A DNA stretch of 64,000 bases, taken from positions 16,864,001-16,928,000 of the forward strand of contig JBHGNT010000003.1 in assembly GCA_043228905.1 (NCBI GenBank). Reading direction: 5' to 3'. Each line of letters opens with the position of its first letter. The first letter of the stretch is position 1. The notes below the pieces were generated by a model that ran no database searches, was not told the origin of the DNA, and was given only the letters and a program-made list of their open reading frames with translations. This document shows, piece after piece, positions 24,878 to 38,306 of the stretch. A program made the translations under genes and the position numbers. The stretch is from Azolla caroliniana. Its lineage: Eukaryota > Plantae > Polypodiophyta.

Positions 24878-27800
24878 TTTTCTTTAAAGGATTTTCTTCG
24901 ATAGTATTGAAAAAAAATGCCCGAAGGCTACAACTTGAACCTACCCGGCATGAAGGTTACAACTTTTCTTATACAATGATGTAAAATAATCCTAGGAACA
25001 TATATCGAACTTTGTAGAAGATGTTTACATTTTGTTGATATTCAAGAAAGAGTCCATGGAAGTCGATGTTGCCATTGAGGTTCTTAAGTTGACATTGTAA
25101 ACAGGGGCAACTTTTTCCATAAGTGAAGAAGCTTTTTCCCTTTCTTGTTCACAATATCTGGGGAACCCTGCATATTGTCATACTAGCCACGGACTATTGC
25201 CAACAAGTTCTCTCATATCTCAAACAACACATCTGAGAGATGAATATCTACCGCATCATAAAGTTGGTTACATCGATATTTCCATAATGCCCATAATGTT
25301 AATGTGGTCACTGTTTTCCAAATCTGGGCATCGCACCTGCTTTTGAGGTTGCTAGAAGGGACTAACTAATATCAATATTCTATTATGTATTGTCATTGCC
25401 TCATGAGCATCGTTTGCCTCATACAACATCAAGCTGGAATGTAATACTCCCCATATCGTTGATCCCCATGAGAATAGGCAACCTACATTGATTGTTAGGA
25501 ATAAAGAAATAACTTTCTTCCATACTTGTTGAGCAAAGGGACAAGACCATAGGACATGCTTGGTAGTCTCCTGAGGTTCATGGCAAAAGCTACATTGCCG
25601 CAAAAATTGGGTGCTACATTCCCTTTCAATGAATGACCAACTAGTAGTGCCATATGCACTAATAACCATCGAAAGAGAATAAATTTAGTTGGCCCCATGA
25701 ATGACCATATCCATTTCCAGTAGGTTCTCAAATGCAAATTTGAGACACCCCAATTGGTCCAATGTTTCTAAGCTGCTGATATCGTTACATTCCGAGAGAG
25801 CAGTAATGATCTTCCAAGTTTTATTGAGTACTGAAAGAACGAGACCTTTACAATCTTTTCCCCCAAGGAGTGTGACCAAAGCCAACCCCCCGGATCCCAT
25901 GTTAATCTTGCAACAAGATCTTTTGCGTATAACCACAAGATATCACACATATGAGCAATTGACGGATAAGGATCAAGGATCCATCTCTTTCCAGTTTTAG
26001 CAACCACTCGGATTGGTGCACTTCGCAAGTCCTGTAGATAACTGCAATCAAAGGTATAAGATTGCAATTTATTGTTGTCTAGGACCTCAAAATAAGAAAC
26101 ACACCCATTAGGTGAAACACCCTTAACAACCATCAATGTATCATTTGTGAAGCATCCAAACCATAGATGTTCCTGCTTGGGTTGGAAGGTTGTAAACAAC
26201 GAAGAATATGTTGTTGATATGGTAGCCGTCATTATCTTGGCACGATGAACTGATTGTAGATGTGAAAGTTAATTTCTTGTAACATTTACTAAAATTGAGT
26301 CCATGTTCTTACATATGCAGCTGGCCCATTATGCAATTTACCCCAAGCAAGGTGAGTTTGCAGGCCCAATACTTTTCCTGCATTATCCCAAAATAGAGAA
26401 TTAGCAAGCATAGGTTGATTATGTAATGCATCCCATGTAGAAGGTTTGTCCTTAAGCAAAAATGATTTAATCACATCCCACACTCTTATGATTCCTAGCA
26501 AAAATCTATTGGATGCAAGATTCCACCTTGGCGTTTTCATGTCATTCAAGAACAACCACTTTAGAAAGGGTGACCATGCTCCTCTTGTCTTAGGAGTAAA
26601 CTACATTAACTGATTAAAAAACATTCCTTTCCAAGCTTCTGATCCTGGCAACAATCCTCTGATCACAAACTTAGTCAAGAGGCTCTTGACTGCATCAAAG
26701 GATCTATCAAACCCAACCCTGCATTGATTTTAGGCTGAATCAACACATTCCAAGCAACTTTGGCTACTATGTAGGAGAGCCCCCCCCCCCCCCCCCCCCA
26801 AAGGAACTTATGGATGAAGCTTTGCACTTTTATTATTGTTAATCTAGAAAATAGCCACACAGATGCTATAAACTACATTGATGCCAATAATACTGTGTTT
26901 GCTACTACAACCCGACCCGCAAAAGACAATTGTTGGGCATCCCAATACAGTAATTTATGTTTTATTGATAATAGTAACGGAGATAACATTCCTTCTGGCC
27001 TTAAATCTATTACAACCATACGTCCCAAATATCGAACTGGCTCACCATGATGAAGCCATCGGAAAGTAGGACCTGGGTACCACGCAAGGTGAGTTTCTGC
27101 ACCCACCCAAAGGCCAACTGACTTATTCCAGTTAAGTGATGCACCTGTAGCATCTGAGAATACTTGCAAAGCATTTTGTACCCGGCCAAGATTACCAATC
27201 TCCCCGTCAACATAGAGGGTTGTATCATTTGCAAACTCAACGTCCACTACAATGAACTTTGTAATAGGTAATACTATGCCTTTAATACCAGCAGTTGACG
27301 ATCTTAGGTAGGAGGACAAAGCTTCCCCAAACAAGATAAAAAGAAATGGGGCAAGAGGGCATCCTTGCCTAACAGACCTTGAGATAGGAAATAGTGTCTC
27401 GCATTCTCCAACGAACAAAATTTAACTAGAAGCATGTTTGTACAGGGCTGAAACACCTTTTATCCACGAGGTAGGAAAACCTACTCTTGACAGCACCGCC
27501 TCAAGAAAGTCCCAATCCACTTTATCATATGCCTTTTCAAAGTCAAGCAATAAAGTTGTAAGTTGTTGTTTATGTTGTTGAGCTAATGCAACCATTTCCC
27601 AGAACAAAAAGATATTATAAAAAATACTTCTATCTTGCAGAAAACCAGATGTCATGAATAATAGACGACAATACAACTCGTAGTCTAACAACAATAGTTT
27701 TTTGCCGCAATTTTATACACAACATTTAGCAATGTTAATGGATGCCACTTGAAGACTTCATCACATGTCATTGAGCATCCGACTTAGGAATAATATATAT

Positions 27801-30800
27801 GATTCTATATGATTCCTTCTGTCCTTCTAGTAAGGAGAGGTCCAAGAAAATCTCAATAATGCAAATAGAAGCCAATTGCTATTCCATCTTTTCCCGGACA
27901 AACATCCTTACCTAAGGATTTAGCGGCATCAAAAACCTCCTGAGATGTAAATGGTTGTAATAACTGAGAGGCCATTACATCTGTAACCTTTTGTTGAATA
28001 GTTGCAAGAAAAACTTGTTTCTTGTGAAAACTGTTTGTCGTAAAAGATTCAGTTGACAATAACTTATGATAATAATCTGAGACTATACTTCGCATCTCAG
28101 AGACATCTGACATATAGGATCCATCAACCCGCGTCAACAAAGTAATAGAAAGAGGTCTAGTTTTCTGTTTAAACTGATTAAAGAATTTCTTATTGACCCG
28201 ATCTTGCCTTTGCGACCAACGAGCAACATTACGATAGTAAAAGAACATCGAGCGTGCTTCCTGTTTTTCCCTTAAACCGCTTTTTACTTACTGCAAATCA
28301 CAACATAGCACATATGAAGTTGGATACCTTTCCAACAATTGTTGTAATGTTGCAAGAGCACGACGTAGATTGGAAATTTCTGAATTGCAGTGATAAACAG
28401 ACGCTAAAACTATTTTTGTAAATAGAATCTTTGTGTCGAGTATGGCATGAGCCATATTGCTAAGTAAACAATCATCCGAGAAATTGTAATTTGACCATAT
28501 CTGAGTGATTGACATCTGATGACTATCATTAGATAACAATGTAGGAGGGATACACAATTGCCTAGAGTGTCGCCTCTTAGTAAATGTGACATGTAACTTC
28601 AGAGGGTCGTGGTAAAAAAACACTACTAGCATAAAATATATCTAGTCGAGACAAATTTGTACCTGCTTCCCAAAAAACACTACTAGCATAAAATCTATCT
28701 AGTCGGGACAACTTTGTAGCAACCACACTCCCATCTGATCTAGAAAACTGAAGGGATCCTTGTATACGTGAAAATGAATGCACCTTCCATAAATCCAGCA
28801 AACCATAGGCAAAACAAAAGTAGTCCCAACACTTTGCTTCCCATCCTGGAATTGTAATAGTTATACCTCCCATTCTGTCAGCAACATCCTCAATCATATT
28901 AAAGTCGCCTCCCACCAACCAACAATCCGTTAAACTCGCATAATTAGAAAGAAATAGCCATAACTTTGCCTTTTCTGCCGTAGAATTAGGGGCATAGAGA
29001 TTCATAAGGCCAACCTTTTGGGATCCTATTTTTACAATAAGGAATTGTGCCTGTTTATTCATAATAGTAGCAGCTAACACGATGATAGACTGCAAATGTT
29101 GTTTAATAGCAATGCATAATCCAGCTTGGCGGCCAGTGGGGCCAAAGGCAGGAATCCAGAAATGAGTCCACTGTCCCAGTAAAATAGATCCATACTTCCG
29201 AATCCTATCCATGCATAAGTGATGCTCTTGTAAAAAAAGAATATCAATAGTACCTACATTAACAGTACCTAAATCCGAGCGTAAGAGTTCTTTAAATATG
29301 CAAAAAGCCTGACCACCCAAGCCTTGCACATTCAAGGAAAGAAGATGTAAGGTGTCCATCTTACACAGATTTTATTGGTGTCCTTTTCTCAAGGAGACCA
29401 TCCTGACGGCCTTTCTGGGCACCCTCATGAGCTCTTGCTTGTCTTTTTAAAAGTAGATAATTCCCTGCATACTGATGCACCCTATGATCCTTAACCTGTT
29501 TTTGAGGGTTTTGAAGTGTTAGGGTATCCTGTGAAACTGTGAATTGAAATCCAACACAAGGGAGTTTATCTACTCCTTGAGCCATTTCAACACCCATAAT
29601 ATTTGATTGACTAGAAATAGGTTTTCCGTTGAGCTTATCAAAAGGAACCGAATTAACAGAGACATCAATTTGTTGGTTTGCTTCGATTCCCATAACACTT
29701 GGAGGCATTTCCACATATGTAGTATCTTGAACAGAAACACATTTTCCTTTTAATTTTTCAGAAGAAGCCAAATTAACAGATGGTGTCAACTGCTGATTCT
29801 CAACCATTTGCAAGGGTGGTTGGCCTACTACTAACATTGGGAAAGACAAGTTAGGCAACTGAGTGGAAAGCAAGTCTGTTTTTTGTGAGGAAAACCCCGA
29901 ATTAAATCTCTGTTGGGAAAGATGGGATGATGGTTGATCCGAAGTATTCAATTCGTTTGACCGATCCTCTTCTACATGGAGAGTAGAATACCGATTTTCT
30001 AATGGGGGGAATTCCTTTAAATTATTAATTGATGATGAGGTTGTCATGATATACCTATGAAGATGTCTTCCTATGCCCTACCTCGGTCCAACCATCAGAT
30101 CTAACCTTATACGAAACTATAGTTGTATTGGGTACATGCTTGATTGTGTGTTTATTAAATTTAGGGAATTTTTTTGCCAAATGGCCAAATCCAAAACAAC
30201 GAAAACATTGATTTGGCAAACCCTTATACAAGATTTTTTGAGAATAAGATTCCTGCCTTGAATCAAGTAAATTGGGCAACAAGATATTTGAGGGCAAAGC
30301 TGTCGACTTAGAAATCTAAAGTTTTGTAGATGTAGTTCCCATATACCTATCCTCGATCTGACGAAGCTTATCATAAGTTTCCAAGACTATACCAATAGTG
30401 CTGGCAATTGGATGCACAAAAGGCACCCATTCTTTACGTAAATTGGGAAACACCGCCACACAAGTATGATATACCTTATTTGCGGAAAAGTTGTGAATCC
30501 ACTAGTGGAAGAAAACCCATCCTCCCCTGATTGCCACATTTTTCTTCTCCAATAAGATCGGTACCATTCGTTTGAGCTCGAACTCCACTTGATAATAGTT
30601 CCGACTAAGCATTTGGACATTCGAGATGTTGTCAACATCTTGTTTCGAAGAGGCTTGCAACAGTAAACGAAGATTAGCACGCCGAGGATGAATGCCGAAA
30701 ACCTGCACAATGATAGTCCTCTTCTCTAGACGTTGAATCTCTCTTACGATCTGTGCTTGATCTCGTTTTGACAACAGAAGCTCTACTACGTTGTCCGAAA

Positions 30801-31165
30801 TAGGTGTGATATCTGGGTTAGCTGCACGGGAGCCCTGATTAGACTATTCGCGACGACGCAACAATTGCTCTTAGTTCGTGGTTGCATCGAGGAAGACTGG
30901 GGTTATGGAGGAGGTTGAGAGGCTGATCGCGACAACTGGATTGGATGTAGCAGGTAGGCTGAAGGGGACAAACGGCTTTTCCAAGGCTACTATGGGAGAA
31001 GCGGAAACCCCTACACATCCCTCAGGATGATTTAAACAACCATCGGCTATAGTAGGTTGGGCGGTGGCAGGTTGAGTGGTGGAAGGCTGAGCAACAGAAG
31101 GTTGAGCAATGGTAGACTGGACGATGACAGGCGATGTGGTGGTCTTCATTGTGTAGGTGATGTTA
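24878..31165 (-). mobile_element. Near full-length L1-like LINE (ORF1 plus EN-RT-zf ORF2, decayed)
   Basis: 18-bp TSD ttgattaaactttatctt (24860-24877 and 31166-31183) and an A-rich tail. ORF1 31149-29361 with zinc knuckle CFRCFGFGHLAK. ORF2 from 29359: EN (SLNVQGL, GGDFN, SRLDRFY), RT (DFEKAYD, VRQGCPLAP, FANDT), zf (CSFCHEPQETTKHVLWSC). Confidence 0.95.
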
Positions 31166-31183
31166 TTGATTAAACTTTATCTT

Positions 31184-31600
31184 AAAGTAGAAGCCATGTG
31201 AACTTTCATGTTGGAGATTGTATTGCCAATTCTTGTGATTTATAAATCGATTGCGAAAGTACTTGTGAATAGAATTACATCAGACTTGTGTACAAGGATC
31301 CATCAATATGGTTTTCACCATGATGATAAATTATGAACAACATTGCAAATGCAAATTATGGTGTCAATTATGTGAAATACACAAACCAAGATGTTGTGAT
31401 TATGTGGATTGATACTAAGAAAGCATTTGTTACCATACAATAGAGCTTTTTAGAAGCTACAATGTATAAAATGGGGTTTGAAATTCCAAAAGTTATTTAT
31501 TGGTTTGATTAGAATAGCTTTATTGCATGTACATTGGATGGAGAAATCATTGACTTGTAAACATTATTTAATATGGTTAGGCAAGGTTGGTAACTCTATG
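31184..31600 (+). pseudogene. Ancient LINE RT remnant split by the 24878-31165 insertion (other part ~24400-24877)
   Basis: Decayed motifs IYKSIAKVLVNRI, QYGF, IDTKKAF and VRQG. The reading WKHALIKLYLK runs across the TSD. Confidence 0.6.
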
Positions 31601-33199
31601 AGATGTGAGAGTCTCCATCTTGAGTTCCCTTTTGTTACCTCATTAACCTAGTGTGGAACCATGTAGGGAATTCTTGTTAGACAAACAAGGTATTAATATT
31701 TAATGTGCTTAGCGAGGATGGGCATGTGTTTAGCTTTCGAGATACAACAATACATTATAAATTAGGTCCACATCACAAATACATATGGCTCAAAATATTT
31801 GATCAACTACTTCCATTTACTCGCATGTCACTAGTTGAGGCATAATAGGGCTCTTGATCATGAATTAAAGAGTTATAACACATGTGTTCCCATGAATGCA
31901 CTATTCAGTCATATACATACACATCCAACTACTTCCACCTACTTGGGTTCACAGGCATGTAAATGCTCTTGGGCAAATCACTAAACCAAAGAGATGGTGG
32001 AAGGAAAACTAGTCATTATTTTTGTTTCAAATGTCATGGAGGATAAAAAAATACTACTATTTTATTGTTATGGACATGTCCATTAATAAGACCTTTTATT
32101 CATAAACTTAAATGCAAACTTTGACTTGAATGTCCAAACACACAATTTGGAAAGTTGTTTTCATTCTTGCCCTCCCTCATCAATTGCAAGAGGATGCTAG
32201 TTTTTTCCATTGACTTTGATTTTGGGTAACTTGGAATTATGCCATATTTGGGTAGCTATCTATTGTTGAGTTTTGTTTCTTTAAGTGCTTTATTAGAAAA
32301 TCTCTTTATGATTGTTTTCAATTAGCTGGAATCTCCATATGAACATTTCACCTTTATTTTGAGTTCTTTTGATCACTACAAGTTTGTAGATATTTTTGGG
32401 TTTTTTCTTCACATTGAGGTTTCCCATTGGTAATTGTGTATAAAGAAAAAATAAGAGCATTGATCTAATGACCTTGAATAGTCAATTGTCACATTGCACA
32501 ATTGGGATAATGGCATGTAATTTCAAGGTCCTTCGTGGAATTGGTCAAGGAGTGCTTGTTCATCCTCAATTTACATTGCATGCAAGATAATGGAACCCTA
32601 GTGCGTACATTGAAATTCCTCCTGAGCCGTGGTTTAATAAGTTTTAACATTTATCGGTCTCATAAAATGTGGCGTCTGATTCGATGAGGAAGGCAAAATA
32701 GGCCTCAAGAAGTGGCAAGGAAGTCTCCACCAATGGAGTAAAACAAGTTTGTGACAGTCTACTTAGGAGGTTGAAGCCTAATGACAAGAGGGCTTTAGGT
32801 GATGAATCCAATAAAACATTCCACCATACATGTTCTAATATCTTCAGCTAGACTACTCTAGGTTCAATGGATTTTAGTCATTAACATAATGTGCTAAATT
32901 GACTACTCTCATCACATGTGCACCAATTCCCCATCTCAGATTGTAGTTTGTTTGAGCGAAGTTACATGGAAGCAATGGTTCGAAAGGTAGACAATGGGAT
33001 GGGCTCTAACATGCATTGATGTGTGCAGTTTCCATGTTCAGCGAAGAATATGGTTTTATAGTTAGGTGCAACATATATAGTGTAATGTGCGAAGCGTGAG
33101 CACCCACATTTTTCCCATGTCATGATACATTGGCATTGCAAAAAAGCTACATTTAAATAGAGGAATCTAGTGATGCAAAATGAAGCAAGTATGTTCCAT

Positions 33200-35130
33200 C
33201 CCACATTCCAAACCATTTGTCCATATCCTGCATCCAACCAAAACACACAATTTTGCTTTTATGTGTCTTTGGATATTTTTTCTTGCTTCCCATGTTCGTC
33301 TAGGAAATCTATGTGAGGGACGTTTCTAAACCTTTCCATGTTCATGATCTCAATGGGAAGTGATCCCATCTCAAGAAGTAGAAGGGTGCATGACATTTGT
33401 TTCTAAACTTGGAGAAACTTATCAGAAAATGCTTTTGGACATTTTCAAACCCTTTCCATGATCTATGTGAGAGACTTTTCTAAACCTTTCCATGTTCATG
33501 ATCTCAATGGGAAGTGATCCCGTCTCAAGAAGTAGAAGGGTGCATGGCATTTGTTTCTAAACTTGGAGAAACTTGTAAAAAATGTTCTTGGACATTTTCA
33601 AACCCATTCCAATGTGACTTAGAGATGCTCTCACCCATTACTTCTACCCCATAGAGAAGCACTGATGTCACCAAAGTGTTGAAAACGTATTTCTTGAGGA
33701 CCCAACACTTAATTTCTCCACGTTTGCATGTGTTCTCAAATGTATAATATGTTTCCTTTCCTGCCTCCAAGCGTTGCGTAGCACAATCATTTCATCTATG
33801 ATTTGATGGAATATCAAAGACAAGGTATTTGAAGCATTCCACAATTTCGAGTGGCTCATTATTATACATAATGCATAGTTCATCCTTTTTATGGCTCTTC
33901 ACAAGCATAATCTTCGTTTGAGAGTTCTTGACACTCAATATGCATGCAAAATTCTTCCAGTGAACCCATAAGGTTTTGTACATCTCCTTAAGTATTTGCA
34001 AGAAACACTACATCACCCGCATACAACAAAAGCATGATGACAACATTTCCAATGACAACTTCATCAACACTTTCTTTTGTTGTATACTTAGCAACCATTT
34101 GTTCTAATTCATCAATGGATAGACCAAGTAGACTGGTGAGAGTAGGCATCTTTGCTTTACACCAATAGTGCTATTGAATTTTTTTGAAATTCCATTGCCA
34201 TACATACAAAACATATAACCTTCTCATAGAATTGGGAAATTGCAAGCATATGTTCACTTGATGCCTAGAGTCCTTCCTTTTGCCTTCAAAGATGCTCACA
34301 AGGTACCATAGCAAAAGATTTCTTGAAGTCTACGAAGAAACAATATCAACTCTTACCTCTCAAGCAACTTTCCTCCATTAATACTTGAGGGATGACAAGG
34401 TGATCAATGATGCTACCACGTTTCCGAACGCTAGCTTGTCCATAAGCTCTCTTACCCTTTTTTCCTACCCATGCATTTACCTTTGATTCCATTATACATC
34501 CAAATCGTTTTGTCATTCGTGAATTGACCATGATGGTTCAGTAGTTGTTATCATTATTTACATTTCCACCTTTATTTAAAGGTATGATCTAATTTGTAGT
34601 CTAATCGTAGGGGATGTCACGTTGCAATGCATGGTAGCTTGTCCATAAGCTCTCTTACACTTTTTTCCTACCCATGCATTTACCTTTGATTCCATTATAC
34701 ATCCAAATAGCTTTGTCATTCGTGAACTGACCATGATGGTCCGGTGGTTGTTATCATTATTTACATTTCCACCTTTATTTAAAGGTATGATCTAATTTGT
34801 AGTCCAATCGTAGGGGATGTCACGTTGCAATGCATGGTTAAACATATCCTTGATCTGTGCTTGTGCTTTCTTTCCCATCCATTTGAGCATTCCAACCTTT
34901 ATACATTAAATATATCTTGCCTTTCGAGAGACCAATTTCTTAACTCCTATGCATATATCTTCAATCATAAATAAGGGCGACATATGCAAAAGAGAACCAT
35001 AATCCAACATCTTTCCAACAATTGATAACTCATATATAGTCGTACAATGCATTGACCAATCCATAAAAGTTAAGTCACTATTATTCTCAATAGGTTTTCC
35101 CTTTTATATTCCTCCAAAATTTAGCAAATG
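33200..35130 (-). mobile_element. RTE-like LINE fragment (RT and C-terminal part) with two internal duplications
   Basis: Homologous to 35500-36280 in inverted orientation (STIGVKQ.C.LSP, FNTLVTSVLLYGVEV). Boundaries are approximate. Confidence 0.75.
34432..34837. repeat. 203-bp tandem duplication inside the RTE-like fragment
   Basis: tagcttgtccataagctctcttac...gttgcaatgcatgg begins at both 34432 and 34635. Confidence 0.9.
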
Positions 35131-35499
35131 CATATGTTTTTTCTTGTGTTTTGGATAAATTGTTGATAAAATTTTCACATTAGGGTGAAAAAAAACTACG
35201 ACGTACTAACTTTTGGCTAAGATTTTAGTACTAATTTGTTAAAACTAAAGAGCATAAAAACTAAAGATTAATCTAAGAAATGTATCGAAAAATATATCTT
35301 CACTCCTAAAATTTAAAGTCATTTAATGTGATTTTTTTAATCAAACAAGCAGACATGCATACAATGTCTCTCATTGTTTCTATATCTATCCATGTCTTCC
35401 TCATTTTTTCCAATATTTGAGGTTGTTATTGCTATACCGATGTGTTTTTTTTAATCGAACAAGCGCATGTGCGCGCGTGCACACAAACACACACACAGA

Positions 35500-36285
35500 T
35501 AGACTTTTAGTTTTTTTTGATAGCACTATTGGTGTTAAGCAAGGATGCCCACTCTCACCAACACTATTTGGTTTATGCATTGATGAATTGGAAGAAGTCA
35601 TTGCCAAGTTTGTAAAGGAAGAAGATGTTGAAGAAGTTGCCATTGGGAATGTTGTCATTATGCTTTCGCTATATGTGGATGATGTGGTGCTTTTTGCAAA
35701 TACTTTAAGAGATGCACAAAAGCTTATGAAGGCATTGGAATTTTTTTGCATGCATACTAAATTAAGTGTCAATAGCTCTAAAACAAAGACTATGCTTGTG
35801 ATGAGCCAAAAAGAGATAAACCATGCATTATGTACAATATTGAGCCACTTGAATATGTGGAAAGCTTCAAATATCTTGGCCTTGAAGTTCCTTCAAATCA
35901 TAGATGGAATGAATGTGCTACATGCAGCGGTGGGTAAGAAAGCATATTATGCATTTGAGAACACATGCAATCATGGAGATATTAAGTGTTGGAACCTCAC
36001 GAAATACCTTTTCAACACTTTAGGGACACCGATGCTTCTCTATGGGGTGGACATGGAAAGAGTTCGAAAATGTCAAAAAACATTTTCGTACAAAGTTTCT
36101 ACAAGTTAAGAAACAAACTCCCTACACCCTCCTTCTTGAGACGGGATTGCTTCCCAATGAGATCATGGCCATGGAAAGGGTTGTTAAATACATGCTTAAG
36201 GTTCAAAAAAGTCCCTCACATCGACTTCCTAGAATCGCATGGGAAGTAAACAAAAAGATCGAAAAGACGCATAAAAGAAAGATTC
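35500..36285 (+). mobile_element. 5'-truncated RTE-like LINE fragment
   Basis: STIGVKQGCPLSPTLFGLCIDELE...LYVDDVVL RT motifs followed by C-terminal LLETGLLP...RLPRIAW. Confidence 0.8.
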
Positions 36286-38032
36286 CTCTCTTAGTACTAA
36301 TATTCCTCTCTTAATACTAATTTCTTCTCTGTCTCAGTACTATTCTTGACATATAATAATATATATATATATAATAAATATACATACATACAAGTGAACA
36401 TGCATACATATGTTTTCAAGGACTAAAGACTTTTGGAAATCCACTTGCACCACAATAAAGACCATTTTTTTTTTCCAAAATGAAGCTACTTTCCCATTAG
36501 TTAGGAAGGATTATTACAAAGAGACTATACAAGGAGGCTTATACACAAATCGGGGAATCTCCATCTGATCAATTTCAAGAAAATGAGACTACTTACATAG
36601 CCTTTCAGACTGACTACTTAATGCAAGTATATACCTATAGCTAAAAGCGGTGTCGTTCAGTGTTGGCTAGTACGAGCCAACTCTTGGGGCCTACAACGAA
36701 GGGAGGGTGGTAGGTGAGTAGGAAACAACCAGCGTGGGGGCTGGTAGTTCCACCTCGGGCCACTTCCTCCTTGCGTCACCATAGGTGTGTTCCGTCATTT
36801 TTGCCAAAAGCGCAAATGGGCAGTGACCACGTCGTTGGAATGGCTGCAAACCTCGTCCAATTGCCCTCGTAGGCAGTTGATAAGTGCAAACCATATGTCC
36901 ATGATCACTTCCTCTAGGGCCGTACCAGATCTTGGAAGACCTTTAGGCAACGCGCTTTCCATACACACCGTAGGGTGAAGCTTGTGATCAACATCCAAAT
37001 TTCCGGGAACCTAGGGGATGCGGATTGCAAGCCTCTCTCAAAACGGATCTTGACAAATTTGCCTCTCGTGCATACATAGCACCAACTATCCGCATTGAAG
37101 GCGTCCGTCCACCTATCAACCGAGTGATCAATCCATGCCGCATCACTCCACGATGATGTTCCTTCCACTTCACATGTCGCAAGGAGGTGAGTCACTCTAT
37201 CCCATACCTTTTGAGCTTGAGGTCAATCCCACAAACAATATCTCAGAGTCTCAATAGGTGAAGAGTAAAGTGGGCAACCTAACGGGCCGCCACGTTTACC
37301 TCGCCATTCACCAACAAGAACCACATTATGACCGATCTGCCACCAAAAGAGCTTGATCTTTTCAAGCATGTGGAGACACCAGAGACCCTTCCAAAAGGTA
37401 ATGAGCATCTCATCAGGGATGCCTAATGTTCGCTAGTCATTGCCTAGGGGGGCGTCTAGCTGCAGTTGTAAAGTTTGGCCCAATTTAGTGATGTATTTGA
37501 AGAAATGGCAAAGTCTGTCGTCATGTTTCCACTTGAAATCCCTTGGGTTCCATTCTAGTTTGGCGAGAGGATGACAACCGTATACCCATAACTTCCAATA
37601 GGGTTCCACCTTAGCAACATCCGGGTCTGTTTTCCAGTTGTTATCAACCTGCGCTGTCGTGAAGATTTTCGGCAATAGTGTGAAAATCCCATAAAACGTA
37701 CGAAATCGAGTATGAATCACATAGTACAATAATTGTGAAGATAACATTTTAAATAGATTTAATATCTAATTATAAAATGATGGAGGTTTCGAATGCACTT
37801 TATTACACGAGAAACGGACAACTAAATGTCAAGATATGAGGGTATAAAGTTTGTGAAAGGAAAAGAGAAAATTGTGAGATATCCCACATAGGCACGACAA
37901 ATACAGCTCTCATCATATATAAGGTGGAGCAAAAGATATTATCTTTGTGTCTATGTGTGGAGCATAGAGAGTTCAAGGTAACTAAGAGTGGAGGTCGGCT
38001 AGCTACTCGTAAAGGGTTGTGGCCAACCAAAA

Positions 38033-38188
38033 CCGGACCGGCGATGGAGCCGGTGATCTGACAGCATCCGACAGCAATTCGGCACCGGTAACCGACAGCA
38101 TCCGGCGGTGGCACTGGCATCCGGCGAGGCACCGGTATCCGACGACGGCATCCGGCGATGCACCGGTAACCGACGGCATCCGGCGACT
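38033..38188. repeat. GC-rich degenerate tandem array in the gypsy LTR (second copy ~45296-45462)
   Basis: Repeated units caccggtaaccgac and ggcatccggcga. Unit arrangement differs between the two LTRs. Confidence 0.85.
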
Positions 38189-38235
38189 AGATAAATAAAT
38201 ATATAAATATATATACATATTTACATATACAAGTA

Positions 38236-38306
38236 GGGCAAGTAAGGATTCGAACTTTGCACCTCCAAGTTAAGAGTCAATTGACTTACCATTAAGCCAT
38301 GCTATT
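38236..38306 (-). other. tRNA-like Pol III module in the gypsy LTR (second copy 45519-45589)
   Basis: Minus strand reads AATAGCA-TGGCTTAATGG-TAAGTCAATTGACTCTTAACTTGGAGGTGCAA-AGTTCGAATCC-TTACTTGCCC. D-stem GCTT/AAGT and a Lys(CTT)-like loop CTCTTAA. Confidence 0.7.

Noticed and set aside
38033-38188. CRISPR-like repeat-spacer array
   Set aside because: Irregular degenerate tandem units inside a eukaryotic LTR, with no unique spacers and no cas genes.
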